Source: Octopus sinensis
Taxonomy: Eukaryota
DNA length: 64,000 nucleotides
Assembly (NCBI RefSeq): GCF_006345805.1
Contig: NC_043015.1
Span: forward strand, 27,094,001-27,158,000
Reading direction: 5' to 3'
Below the pieces are notes generated by a model. The model was not told the origin of the DNA, made no database searches, and worked only from the letters and a program-made list of their open reading frames with translations. A program made the translations under genes and the position numbers. Shown piece after piece: positions 51,648 to 63,429 of the stretch (within the stretch, counting starts at the first letter, position 1; each line of letters begins with the position of its first letter).

Positions 51648-51830
51648 CCGTTCTGTCTGTCTGTATGTCTTCTAAGATCTCGGGCATCCTCCATCCGATT
51701 GCTCTCAAATTTGATATGTAGATACTGACGGTACCAGGGCGTGTATAAGTCTTGAAAAATTACAAAAATCGATTCCAGGTGAGAATGCGATCGATAAATC
51801 CCTGGGAACATGCATTTGTGCGCGCAAGTA
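51640..51830 (+). mobile_element. Possible Helitron-type non-autonomous element 5' fragment
   Basis: (TA)n followed by CTGTCTGTCTGTATGTC..CCGATTGCTCTCAAATTT, a layout similar to the 5' part of 40005-40387. No 3' CTAG hairpin was found. Confidence 0.3.
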
Positions 51831-52144
51831 CATAGTTCCCTAGGTTGTTGCTTTTCATCAAAAATCGCCTCAAGTTGATTTCCTACATGTTTTTTCGGAT
51901 AAACTTATTATTCTCCCAGGTATGTTCTCATAAATTCATCATGCTTTTCCATCTAGATTTACCTCAAGCTATCCCATTTGCATGCATCGTTTTTCTCCTG
52001 CTTTTCTTCCGTCGACCTGTACATAACTGCACCTTTGTTGTTTTTGTACTGCTTAAAGGCACGTTTCTTTCCTTTCAAGCTTACTGTTTAAACCATGTTT
52101 GTGTTCTCCCAATCGACAGCCTTATTATTACTGGTACTTTAAAC

Positions 52145-52245
52145 TCTTTTACTGATGAAGTGTGACCTATGGTAGACTAGCTTAATTTAATTTAATTAAG
52201 CTGGTCTATCATTAAAGACACTGAAACGATGCATCGTATAAAAGA
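52145..52245 (+). ncRNA. Type I hammerhead ribozyme (475-nt family, copy A)
   Basis: Helix I TCTTTTA/TAAAAGA, core CTGATGA (52152-58), helix II AGTGT/ACACT plus a 19-bp apical stem, GAAA (52223-26), helix III palindrome ACGATGCATCGT, GUA cleavage after 52238. Confidence 0.92.
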
Positions 52246-52619
52246 TGAATTAGGGTAAACGTTTTTAAATTTTCACCTTATTTCCGAATTGCACTACTTG
52301 GCGGTTGGAGTTCTGGCTGCTCTTTCTGGTGGACGAATGGCCTGTTTAAGCCATTCCTAAATTGTTATATTTATATATATTTAGTCTTTGACTATTTTCT
52401 CTTTTCCACTAGGCCGCTGGTAGCGATAAATTTTTACTGAATTTTTTGCTACCCTAAATTGATTAATTGATAATTTTCTGACTAATTCTGAGATTGAATC
52501 GGCAGTTTATATTTGCTGCCGATAAGTTTGGCGCGAATGCGTTGGTCTTGAAAATTTTAAGACAGATATTCCCGAGGCATTGATACAGTCGCCTCGTGTA
52601 TATCCGTCTCTCCCAGGTT

Positions 52620-52720
52620 TCTTTTACTGATGAAGTGTGACCTATGGTAGACTAGCTTAATTTAATTTAATTAAGCTGGTCTATCATTAAAGACACTGAA
52701 ACGATGCATCGTATAAAAGA
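52620..52720 (+). ncRNA. Type I hammerhead ribozyme (475-nt family, copy B)
   Basis: Identical motif at +475. Predicted cleavage after 52713. Confidence 0.92.
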
Positions 52721-52994
52721 TGAATTAGGGTAAACGTTTTTAAATTTTCACCTTATTCCGAATTGCACTACTTGGCGGTTGTTGGAGTTCTGGCTGCTCT
52801 TTCTGGTGGACGAATGGCCTGTTTAAGCCATTCCTAAATTGTTATTTTATATATATTAGTCTTTGACTATTTTTCTTTTCCACTAGGCCGCTGGTAGCGA
52901 TAAATTTTTACTGAATTTTTTGCTACCCTAAATTGATTAATATATATATATATATAATATATATATATATGTATGTGTGTGTGTGTGTTTGTAT

Positions 52995-53220
52995 GTCTGT
53001 GTTTGTCCCCCTAGCATTGCTTGACAACCGATGCTGGTGTGTTTACGTCCCCGTCACTTAGCGGTTCGGCAAGAGAGACCTATAGAATAAGTACTGGGCT
53101 TACAAAGAATAAGTCCCGGGGTCGATTTGCTCGACTAAAGGCGGTGCTCCAGCATGGCCGCAGTCAATTGACTGAAACAAGTAAAAAGAGTAAAAAGAGT
53201 AAAAAGAGTAAAAAGGAGTA
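52995..53220 (+). mobile_element. SINE 3' half with (GTAAAAAGA)n tail
   Basis: Matches 57610-57820. It ends GGCGGTGCTCCAGCATGGCCGCAGTCAATTGACTGAAAC followed by about four 9-mer repeats. Confidence 0.9.
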
Positions 53221-53260
<40 letters not shown>

Positions 53261-53464
53261 TAGAAAAAAACCACTATTATGTAATTCAAACAATGATAGA
53301 CATAAACCAAATCATAAAAATTTTTTTTTTAAACATATAACTAGATCGCAAAACTATACTTTTTGTGATCTAGTTATATGTTTTAAAAAAATATTTTTTA
53401 TTTCTAATTATGAATTGGTTTATGTCTATCATTGTTTCAATTGCATAATAGTGGTTTTTATCTA
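53261..53464. repeat. Long near-perfect inverted repeat (foldback/MITE-like), arms of about 90 bp with an 8-nt loop
   Basis: AAAACCACTATTATG..CATATAACTAGATCGCAAA and TTTGTGATCTAGTTATATG..CATAATAGTGGTTTT are reverse complements. Confidence 0.85.
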
Positions 53465-53550
53465 ATTTATATATTATATATTCATATTGAGAAATCTGAT
53501 TTAATACTAAATTGAATTTGTCCCTGTAAGTTTGGAGTTATACTGTCTAA

Positions 53551-53581
<31 letters not shown>

Positions 53582-53583
<2 letters not shown>

Positions 53584-54652
53584 TTTTTTTTTCTTCTTTC
53601 AAATTTGCTTCCATTTCTTGCCGAGTGTCTTCCCGACTCCTAGGGCAAAGAAACTCATAGTATACATTGGTAGGCCATTAAACCAAACTCAGTAGTTCGT
53701 TCATTTTAAAATACATGAGCAGCAACAGTTCTCACATCGACAATGCTCTTCTCAATACGTGTGATGTACCAGTTAAGACAATCTTTTGCACTTCTTGCAG
53801 GGATGGTAAGCCAGGGATCATTCTCATATAATTTTCGGTTCCCTTCTTAATCATTCCTAGTGCTCCTACGATCACTGGTATTGTAACCGCCTTGAGATGC
53901 CACATTTTCTCAATTTCAATGAGTAGGTCTTTATATTTTCTGAGCTTGTCAAACTCTTTCGCTGAGATATTATGATCACAGGGGATGCTCATGTCGATCA
54001 ATAAGCAAACTTTATTGTTTTGGTCTTTCACAACAATATCTGGTTTATCGGCCTTGATGGTTCGGTCTGTATGTACTGGAAAGTCCCACAGAATGGTTAC
54101 ATTTTCTCCTTCAGTTACAGCCTCAGGGTGGTGATTATACAACTTGTCGGCAGTTTTGATATTGTAATGCCGACTTATTAGCCAGTGTAGATATTGGCCA
54201 ACTCTGTCATGTCTTAATTTATACTCCACTGGTGCTAAGACTTTACATCCAGAGATTAGGTGGTCCACTGTTTCAATTATGTCGTTGCAGAATCGGCATT
54301 TTGGGTCTGCTCCATTTTTCATCACATTGGCCTGGTAGTTCCGGGTTAATAGGCTTTGATCTTGAGCAGCCAGGATGAAACCTTCGCTCTCTGCTTTTAG
54401 CCCTGAGCTCCGTAGCCACTGATGGGTTTGCTTCTGGTCAACATCAGCTTGTTTGCTGCGGGTCACATATTTGCCGTGCAGAGGTTTCTCCTCCCACCTA
54501 TCAGCCAATTGCTCGTGCGCTTTCTTCATTGCCATCATTTTCACCTTCTTTGCAACAATAGTTGCCGTACTTCCCTCGGGTTGTTCAGTTTGGGTATCCT
54601 GCACGAGATCAATAGCAAATTTTTTGCTTTCCTTTATGATAGAATTATTATC
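53582..54652 (-). mobile_element. R4/Dong-like RLE retrotransposon, young 5'-truncated copy with uninterrupted C-terminal ORF
   Basis: ORF 53732-54650 contains CRFCNDIIETVDHLISGC (CCHC) and ILWDF..KPDIVVKD..LLIDMSIP (RLE). The 3'UTR abuts (TAA)n at 53551-53581. Confidence 0.92.
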
Positions 54653-54752
<100 letters not shown>

Positions 54753-55170
54753 TATATACAGGGACACTCACACACACGCACACACAAAGTGACAGACTTA
54801 CAGGCAGACAGAGACATGGAGATAAATAATGGAAAATGCAGTGAATGACATTTCTTATTTCAAATCACTACAATTGTTTGCACACATCGGCACACCCGTA
54901 TTACTTTGATGAGACGATAAACTTAATATATTGCATAAGACTCGTGAGCCATCAAAGGTGTATAATGTGTTTCTTCAGGTGAGTGTTTTGAATAAGTTCT
55001 TCGTTAGATTCTATTGCCGTTTCACTCTTTCAAAGAATGAATAATCAAAGCAGTGTGCTATTTTTAGCAACTTACAAACAAAACTAAACCCTCAAATATA
55101 AGTGACAGACACAAGTATAACCCAAATATAAAATATATACATACATATATGTATAAATACATACATATAT

Positions 55171-55743
55171 ATTTATTTGTGAATTAAGGCTACCATTGGT
55201 TTCATGTTAAGGAGAGTGGGAAAATATCCAAGTATCTTAACAATTTTCAAGCCGATGACATGGAGAAAGGTGTTCGACTCCATTTTGGAAAACAATCTCG
55301 TTTCGTTCACGAGATTTCTTGTAAATTCTCGAGAATGAAACAATGAATCAAGGGACACAACTCTGATAGACTTTTTTTATTGTTTGTCTCCCTTGGAATT
55401 TCTTTTCAGTAAATTTCTCAATGTTTATGATCTTTTTCTGGGCATTATGTTTTATACTTGTATGCTGGCGCTTATTTCTTCTTTGTGTGGAGCTTGTGAC
55501 ATTTCTTCTTTCTTGTATGCAGTTTGTGTGCCATGTGCCTTCTAGAGTAGCATCCCTTGATTCATTTTTCATTGTTTCATTCTCGCGAATTTACGAGAAA
55601 TCCTCTGAATAAAACGAGATTGTTTTCCTGAATAGAGGCGAACACTTTTCTCCTTGTGATCGGCTTCAAAATTGTTAAGATACTTGGATATTCTCCCATT
55701 CTTCTTAGCATGAAACCAATGGTAGCCTTAAACCATAAATAAA
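55171..55743. mobile_element. MITE/foldback element with imperfect terminal inverted repeats of about 190 bp
   Basis: TTAAGGCTACCATTGGTTTCATG..ATCCAAGTATCTTAACAATTTT (55185-55250) is mirrored at 55665-55730. Flanks are TA-rich. Confidence 0.8.
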
Positions 55744-55832
55744 GAATATATTTATATAGCAATGCGGTGCTGAGCACTCATTCCAACGTTTTACATTTAC
55801 ACGCGCACGCACACACACACACACACCACACA

Positions 55833-55872
<40 letters not shown>

Positions 55873-55880
55873 ACATATAT

Positions 55881-55939
<59 letters not shown>

Positions 55940-55956
55940 AATATATATATATATAT

Positions 55957-56003
<47 letters not shown>

Positions 56004-56744
56004 ATGTATATATCTGTACGTATATACATATCTACCTATGTATACACGTATGTGCGCGTGTGTGTACATCCATTCATTCATTCATACATACATACCTACA
56101 TACATACATACATACATGCATACATACATACATGCATACATACATACATACATACATTTCCGTGAAAACATTTTTTTGATATTGAGAACACGTCAGTCTT
56201 TTTGCTTTGTCTTTTTTTACTCTTTTTTTTATATTTGATCGAGTATGTTTCTGGAACATTTTTTTAAAACTATTTTTGTCCTATTTTCCCTGCGTATTCT
56301 TGCCTCAACACAGGACAACGCTGCTCCCAACAAAACTCTGAATGACTCGGGAGAATATCTGAAGAGAGAAATAAAACTAAATAAATAAGAAAGATAAGAC
56401 GCTTGGCATATTTGCAGTGATATATACAGGAAGAGAGACAGAAAGACAGACAGACAGACAGACAGAGGGAGAGAGTGTGTGTGGGTAATCGTTATCATCG
56501 ATTAGTCTAGTCTATTGATTGTTATTGATTTTATCGATCTAGAAAAGATGAATGAAAGTAAACATCAGGAAAATAATACAAGCGGGAATTTTAGCGATTT
56601 CAGCGATTTTCTCGTCTATTTTCGCCGCGGGATGGCATATATACTTACATACACGCATCCGCGTACGCGCACGCACATACTCACATACACATACATACGT
56701 GTATGTATTTATGTGCACACACACATTCATATATATTCACATAC

Positions 56745-56775
<31 letters not shown>

Positions 56776-57404
56776 TGTATGTATGTAGTATGTATGTATG
56801 TCGGTGGTTTAGCAGAAGAAAGAGGAGACATGCGCAGACGGGCAGCTCTTGGTCTTCTGCAGCAATATATTGCACAATCTGCATCTTTTATGGAACTTTC
56901 CAGACATGGATCTATTGGACCCAGATATGAAGTGTTGTTTTTATTATTCTGTCCCAGGATTGTGTTGCTACTTCATTCTGTTGCACTGATGGGGTAGCGG
57001 GGGAGAGACAGCTGTATTCTTTACCGTGAATAGATGATGTCAGCTCCTTCCTTGGAAAGTTATAAAAGCTGAATGAGCTAATGGCTTGTAGTGCTTCTGG
57101 ATGGCAACTAAGAGTCGTTAGAATAACTTAATCCAGTGATCTGTTCAGCTCACAGCTTGGTCATGGGCCTGCAGTTTGGCAGAATCATTTTGGCAGTAAT
57201 TCGATATTCCTTTCTATCGTTTAACGATGGGTGGGGTGTCCCATGGCAAAACACTGAGAAACCAGTATTGCAAAGTTATCTAACTGTAGTTTTTACTCCG
57301 AATGACTCAGAGTTTTGCCCTTCCAGAAAAGGAGAGGTCTTGATATATCAAAATAGAAAGGACACAGGCGCATATAAAAATAAAAATCTACGCACACAAA
57401 CATA

Positions 57405-57820
57405 GGCGCAGGAGTGGCTGTGTGGTAAGTAGCTTGCTAACCAGCCACATGGTTCCGGGTTCAGTCCCACTGCGTGGCATCTTGGGCAAGTGTCTTCTGC
57501 TATAGCCCCGGGCCGACCAATGCCTTGTGAGTGGATTTGGTAGACGGAAACTGAAAGAAGCCTGTCGTATATATGTATATATATATATATATAAATGTGT
57601 GTGTGTGTGTGTTTGTCCCCCTAGCATTGCTTGACAACCGATGCTGGTGTGTTTATGTCCCCGTTACTTGGCGGTTCGGCGAAGGAGACCGATAGAATAA
57701 GTACTGGGTTAACAAAAGAATAAGTCCCGGGGTCGAGTTGCTCGATTAAAGGCGGTGCTCCAGCATGGCCGCAGTCAAATGACTGAAACAAGTAAAAGAG
57801 AAAAGAGAGTAAAAAGAGTA
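57405..57820 (+). mobile_element. Full-length tRNA-derived SINE with internal (TA)n(TG)n and LINE-like 3' tail
   Basis: A-box-like TGGCTGTGTGG, B-box-like GGTTCAGTCCC, central TTGGGCAAG domain, and a 3' block shared with the CR1 LINE. Confidence 0.92.
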
Positions 57821-57854
57821 TTCATTCAGGCATAAAAAGATAGACAGACACACA

Positions 57855-57932
<78 letters not shown>

Positions 57933-59941
57933 TACATTGGAGCATTCCAACATGTGGACCTACACACACAACTGTTTAAACAAATACACAAAGGAATGTT
58001 AAGTACACACCTACACACAGAGACAAACACATGAACAAAATGAAGTACAGTAAAGATATTCGCTAGACAAATACAGAAATATAGTATGGCGTAAGTTACT
58101 GTTTGAAAGTATCTCATGAGACACAAGCGAAGATATCGACCTATGTAATGAAAGACTAAACATAGTCAATAACATTGTGCTCCAGTTATTGCTTCGCTCT
58201 CCAGAACGCGCAAGATAAAACAGAGATATGGAAAGTAAACTCTTCTAATGATATTTAACTATTAAATAAATTTGAATAAATAAAGGGGTAAAAATTGGTG
58301 AAGGGAGAGGAGAGAAGGCAAGTGAGAAAGTAAATGTATACTAGTAAAGTGTCTAGTGAGAGTCGTGAGGAAAAGGAGAGCAGAGACGATGAGAGGGAGC
58401 ATTCAAACGGTAGAAAAGATGAAGAAGAGAAGATGTCAGAAATAATAAAAATCTAATATTCATAAAAGTCTGAAGAAGAATTTGCTTCGACAGATATTTT
58501 GTTTTCAAAGTATTTTCCTAGAAGTCCCAACCTCCGCAGAAGTTTTCCTTAGAGAATTTTTCAGTGGATTTTCGAGGACCCCTTTATAAATAAAAGACAC
58601 AAAAAAACTGAAAGAACAACATCGGTAATGTGTTTGAATAAGATAAATCGTGGTCTCTTCTGGGACGTCTTTGATCTCAGACCTTCTCGATCAGTTTTGA
58701 GTTGGGGATAAACCACATCAAGATAGAATTTAAAGGGTACCCATTGAAAATAGTTTTCACCAGCACATTAACTCATCCCGTCAATGACAACAATAGAGAT
58801 ACCACAGAACTTTATGGATATATTTGGAGATTAAGGTATCAAAAGGAGGTCACATTTAGTATATGGACAATACTGAAGCCTGATCAAGAAATGAATCAAA
58901 ACAGTGTCACCTCCGCCTTACAGAGAAACTTCATATCGTTTGCTACACTACTCATGTCCTAAACACGTCGGCATGAGAGTGCAAACTAGAAATAGAATTT
59001 TAAGGTGGACACTACACATGTTACAAATAGCAGCCATGGCCTTCTAAAATCACAACTAATTTGTTGAAAATCTGAAAGAACGCCTTAGATAAAGAGTTCT
59101 GGATAGAGAAACATTCCTGACATCATCGGTTCACTCGGAGGTAAAATGAAGCGAAACAACAATAAAAACATCAAATAAGAAGTAGCGAACCTCCCTCGTC
59201 TGGCCTACACTACATCTCACGAACTTTAAGACAAACAATCCCGAGGCAAGGTGAATGACGCTTGATATCAGGTTGCAGTTTAAATTTTCAGAATTGACTG
59301 CAACATTTATTACGAGAAACATTTAAGTGTGGAATCGTAATCCTTTTTATTCGATATAAAGTTACATTTTGCACATTTCGAAATTGAAGAATGTTAAACT
59401 ATTTTGCTTTCATACCTGAGGTGAAGGAAAACTCTGTGCGTGAGTGCACGCGCGCATGTGTTTGTGTGTGTGTGTGTTAATCCGATGTATTTGTTAAACG
59501 TAATTTTAATATATTCTTCTGAACCTTCCAACCAAAAGCTCTTTTTTGGAGCCAATTAGTAGAAGATAATCACAGGAAGTAGACGAGTTTGCTACTGATG
59601 GATATTTCGACCCTGCAATTCGATATACTCCCTGTTCCAGTCACCTTTGAAACAATTTTATGTTAGTGTAATGGGAACGGTTGAAGCAAACCGAAAACTG
59701 CCAATCAGACAGTGAAAAGTTTAACAATAACTTCTGGTGTCACAGTGATGAACGAATTCGGTTTGAAGAGAAAAAAAACCCACAATTACGTCAATCACCT
59801 GACTGCACAGGGTGTAGAGGGATGGGGGAGAGGGGGTCGTCTGTGTATTTGTGTGCGAGATTTTATATGTGTATGTGCATTTATATTTATGTCTATGCAA
59901 GTTTATACATATATGTGTGTGTGTATGTATGAATGTATGTA

Positions 59942-59985
<44 letters not shown>

Positions 59986-60264
59986 TATAAATGACATTTA
60001 TACAGCTTTAGTAAAACATTGACTCAACTCTAACTTACGAAAAGATTCGTAGGCGTAAAACACGTCCGCGTCATGAGATGTTCAAAGCCATAGTCGGCAG
60101 GTCTAATTATGGACAAGTAGTCTACAGCAACCAAACTATAACTAAGGTTGAAGTGACTCAAACTGTTTCTGAATTCGTATAACCTCAACCAAATGTATTG
60201 AATATTACTTTCGTTCGTTGATTCACGTACACAGACATTATTTATATATATATGCCACGATATA

Positions 60265-60440
60265 TCACTGGCCACTAAACCTTTTCTATTTTCTCTCCCT
60301 GTTTATTTCTGTGTTTCATTCTGTCGAAGAGCGTAGGCTCGAGACGTAAAAGACTGTCTCACTTCCCGAGCGTTAAACTAATACATGTTTGTTGTTTACA
60401 CACCCGTCTTCGTCTTTTGTTTTTTTTTGTAAGTCTTCAC
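60265..60440 (+). mobile_element. Short (TA)n-flanked repeat with a degenerate minimal hammerhead (family of 28426-28600)
   Basis: CTGTCGAA-GAGC GTAG GCTC-GAGA-CGTA-AAAGA at 60321-60353. The A14>G change is likely inactivating. Confidence 0.65.
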
Positions 60441-60465
60441 TATATAATATATATATATATATTTG

Positions 60466-60520
<55 letters not shown>

Positions 60521-60924
60521 CCGTATTTGCTTTGCAAGATTCCTGATATGAAATCGTGTTTTGAAACAGATATTGTTATATTTGGGGATGGTCATTTTTT
60601 TTGCTACATAAACACACGCACTATATTCGTTCTTCACTCATTTATTACTGTTCTTATTTCATGTCCATTGTCTGGATATCTTTCATCACACACCTGTGGC
60701 CTCTTCGCCGACTCTCCATCCCGTGTGTCTCCTGTTCCGTTTAGTCCATTCTATCTTTCTATGGTGTAATAAACAAATGGTGGTGGTGATAATGTTGTTG
60801 TTGCAGTTGTATCTGGCTTAACCCTAAAGCGAACTCTAATGATTGATCGACAGAGTTGGTGTCACACCTCATCAAACACTCCATTTGTGGCCTTCTCAAC
60901 TTTCTTCTGTACTATATATCCTTT

Positions 60925-61090
60925 ATATTTTACTTGCTTTAATCATAGGTTTGTGGTCATGCTGCAGCACTGCCTTGAATGGATTTAGTCAAACAGATCC
61001 ACCCTAGCGCTTGTGATTTTGCAGGTCTTTGAAGGCTAGTACTTATTCTGTTGGCCTCTTTTGTCGAACCGCTAATTTACGAGGATGTTA
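60925..61090 (-). mobile_element. Degenerate SINE 3' fragment
   Basis: GGTCATGCTGCAGCACTGCCTT and TAGTACTTATTCTGTTGGCCTCTTTTGTCGAACCGCTAA match the reverse complement of the SINE tail. Confidence 0.6.
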
Positions 61091-61232
61091 ACTGGTAGAG
61101 TATATATGTATGTTTTCATGAATGTATGTACGTATATGTGTACGCATGTATGCATGCATGTGTGTATGTATATATGCTTATGTGTATTTATTTATATATA
61201 TGTGTGTCGATGTATGTATGTATGTCTATGTA

Positions 61233-61264
<32 letters not shown>

Positions 61265-61299
61265 ATCCATATATATATGTATACATATATATATATGTA

Positions 61300-61334
<35 letters not shown>

Positions 61335-61348
61335 ATATATATATATAT

Positions 61349-61398
<50 letters not shown>

Positions 61399-61564
61399 AC
61401 GTAAAGTGTACTAGCCATCTGAATGTGGCTAGCCACTGGGGGTGGGTGTTACTGACGCTTTTAGCCCCAGGAGATCGACGTCTCCAGCTGGCCTTAGACA
61501 CAATTTCAGTGCCCTTGTGTTATTTGCAAAGGGAGGTCATCCTCCCTCGAAAACCTAAGCGATA

Positions 61565-61609
61565 CATACGGACTATAGTTTCAAGGTTTTTGCCTCTCGT
61601 CAACGTATG
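61565..61609 (-). ncRNA. Type I hammerhead ribozyme, C3U variant, inverted-arm copy
   Basis: Exact reverse complement of 61892-61936. Confidence 0.75.
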
Positions 61610-61891
61610 GTAAACACCGGTTTTCGATTAAGGAGACCTTTGTAAATAATATTTAACGTTTTTCCCAGCAACCACAGTCACTGATTTAGAAGCGTCAGTA
61701 ACACCCACCCCCAGTGGCTAGCCACATTCAGATGGCTAGTACTCTTTACGTTGTCGAGCGGTTACTGTTTATATCTCGTTCGGAGATTTATTAATGTTTT
61801 CAGACAGTTTTTCTAAATCAGTGACTGTGGTTGCTGGAAAAACGTTAAATATTATTTGTAAAGGTCTCCTTCATCGAAAACCGGTGTTTAC

Positions 61892-61936
61892 CATACGTTG
61901 ACGAGAGGCAAAAACCTTGAAACTATAGTCCGTATG
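61892..61936 (+). ncRNA. Type I hammerhead ribozyme, C3U variant (351-nt family)
   Basis: Helix I CATACG/CGTATG, core TTGACGA, helix II GAGG-CAAAAA-CCTT, GAAA, helix III AC-TATA-GT, GUC cleavage after 61930. Confidence 0.75.
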
Positions 61937-62175
61937 TATCACTTAGGTTTTCGAGGGAGGATGACCTCCCTTTGCAAATAACACAAGGGCACTGAAATTG
62001 TGCCTAAGGCCAGCTGGAGACGTCGATCTCCTGGGGCTAAAAGCGTCAGTAACACCCACCCCCAGTGGCTAGCCACATTCAGATGGCTAGTACACTTTAC
62101 GTTGTCGAGCGGTTACTGTTTATATCTCGTTCGGAGATTTATTAATACTTATATATAATATATTATATATATATA

Positions 62176-62235
<60 letters not shown>

Positions 62236-62245
62236 CATATATGTT

Positions 62246-62279
<34 letters not shown>

Positions 62280-62287
62280 TGTATGTA

Positions 62288-62426
62288 TTTCTTTTCTTTT
62301 TTTCTTTTACTGGTTTCAGTCATTTGACTGCGGCCATGCTGGAGCACCGCCTTTAGTCGAGCAAATCGACCCTGGGACTTATTCTTTGTAAGCCCAGTAT
62401 TTATTCTATCGGTCTCTTTTGCCGAA
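62288..62426 (-). mobile_element. SINE 3' fragment
   Basis: GTTTCAGTCATTTGACTGCGGCCATGCTGGAGCACCGCC is the reverse complement of the SINE tail. Confidence 0.9.
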
Positions 62427-62469
62427 TGTATGTATGTATGTATGTATGTATGTATATTTGTATGTATCG

Positions 62470-62683
62470 TATTTCAACATCTGGCAAGGTACTTGGGGGA
62501 ACCGTTGTAATGATCCAGCCTGCATCAGGAAACCCTTCTGTCCTAGTTGGAGGAACACTACAGAAAATGGTAGACAAATTTGTTGACCTGGACAACACAC
62601 TCAGTTGTTATTGTCCCTTGGATGACGAAATAGCTTTAAGGCTTCAGAAGGCAACTGATTACTTCAGGGACTTTGTCACCTAA
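62470..62683 (+). mobile_element. RTE-clade LINE RT-tail fragment
   Basis: VMIQPASG..VLVGGTLQKMVDKFVDLDNTLS..LDDEIALRLQKA, like RTE V..F.YLGS.LS..ID.EI..RI.KA. Confidence 0.6.
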
Positions 62684-62952
62684 CACACGGTATTGCAAGG
62701 CAAACAAAAGTAGCTGTGTACTATGTGTGTTGTGCTAACGTCTCTCCTTTACTCATGTAACACATGGACCCTTTACGTCTGACATACATTTTCATGTTGG
62801 CAGGGGGATAACATTTTGAGCATCGAAGTGATGGGGGTATTTGCATAAATATTACTTGGATAAACTCGGGTATTAAAAAAATTTTAATCCAACTGTAATA
62901 TATAAATGTATCATACATACACACACATACGCATATGTGTGTGTGTGTGTGT

Positions 62953-63008
<56 letters not shown>

Positions 63009-63185
63009 GCTGTCTGTCTTCAACGAGAAAACTCACCACACAAGTTGAAGTCCCTGGTCAAGAATATTAGTCGCTGAGCGGGAAGATATTAAAACATTGT
63101 CTGGAGTTTATGGGAAGATTTTAATGAAAAATGAAAAATTTAATTTTGTGTGTGTGTGTGTGTGTGTACGTGTGTGTGTGTGTAC

Positions 63186-63217
<32 letters not shown>

Positions 63218-63391
63218 TTCTGTGTGAGTCTGTGTGTCTGTGCGTTTGCTTGCTTGTGTGTGCGTGTGTGTGCGTATGTTAGTATTTGGTAAGCAGAACG
63301 CTGCCTTTCCGCAGGTGTATTCACGAGCTCTTTGTCCATAGTGATGAAGGAGCCTTTATGAAGTCACTCGATAATTTAGAAATAGCAGCAA

Positions 63392-63429
<38 letters not shown>

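Larger units (their letters stand above)
52145..52941 (+). repeat. Direct repeat with period 475 bp (52145-52466 and 52620-52941) beginning at a hammerhead; retrozyme/pseudo-LTR-like
   Basis: The two copies of about 322 bp are nearly identical (small compensating indels), and the repeat ends in (TA)n. Confidence 0.95.
61398..62146. mobile_element. HHR-bearing element with inverted + direct pseudo-LTR architecture (period 351)
   Basis: 61398-61691 is the reverse complement of 61811-62103, and 61691-61795 is a direct copy of 62042-62146. It is (TA)n-flanked. Confidence 0.9.

Noticed and set aside
56820-57260. Possible LINE or exon remnant
   Set aside because: No recognisable motif in any frame.
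57405-57475. tRNA gene
   Set aside because: The A/B boxes belong to a SINE head that continues into a SINE body, and there is no complete cloverleaf.
58690-59350. Possible retroelement remnant or exon
   Set aside because: Short ORFs with no motifs and no splice evidence.
61691-61795. Twister-like motif (CAG-TAA-C..)
   Set aside because: CAGTAAC/GTTACTG is a plain stem and the pseudoknot elements are absent. The real ribozyme is the HHR at 61892.
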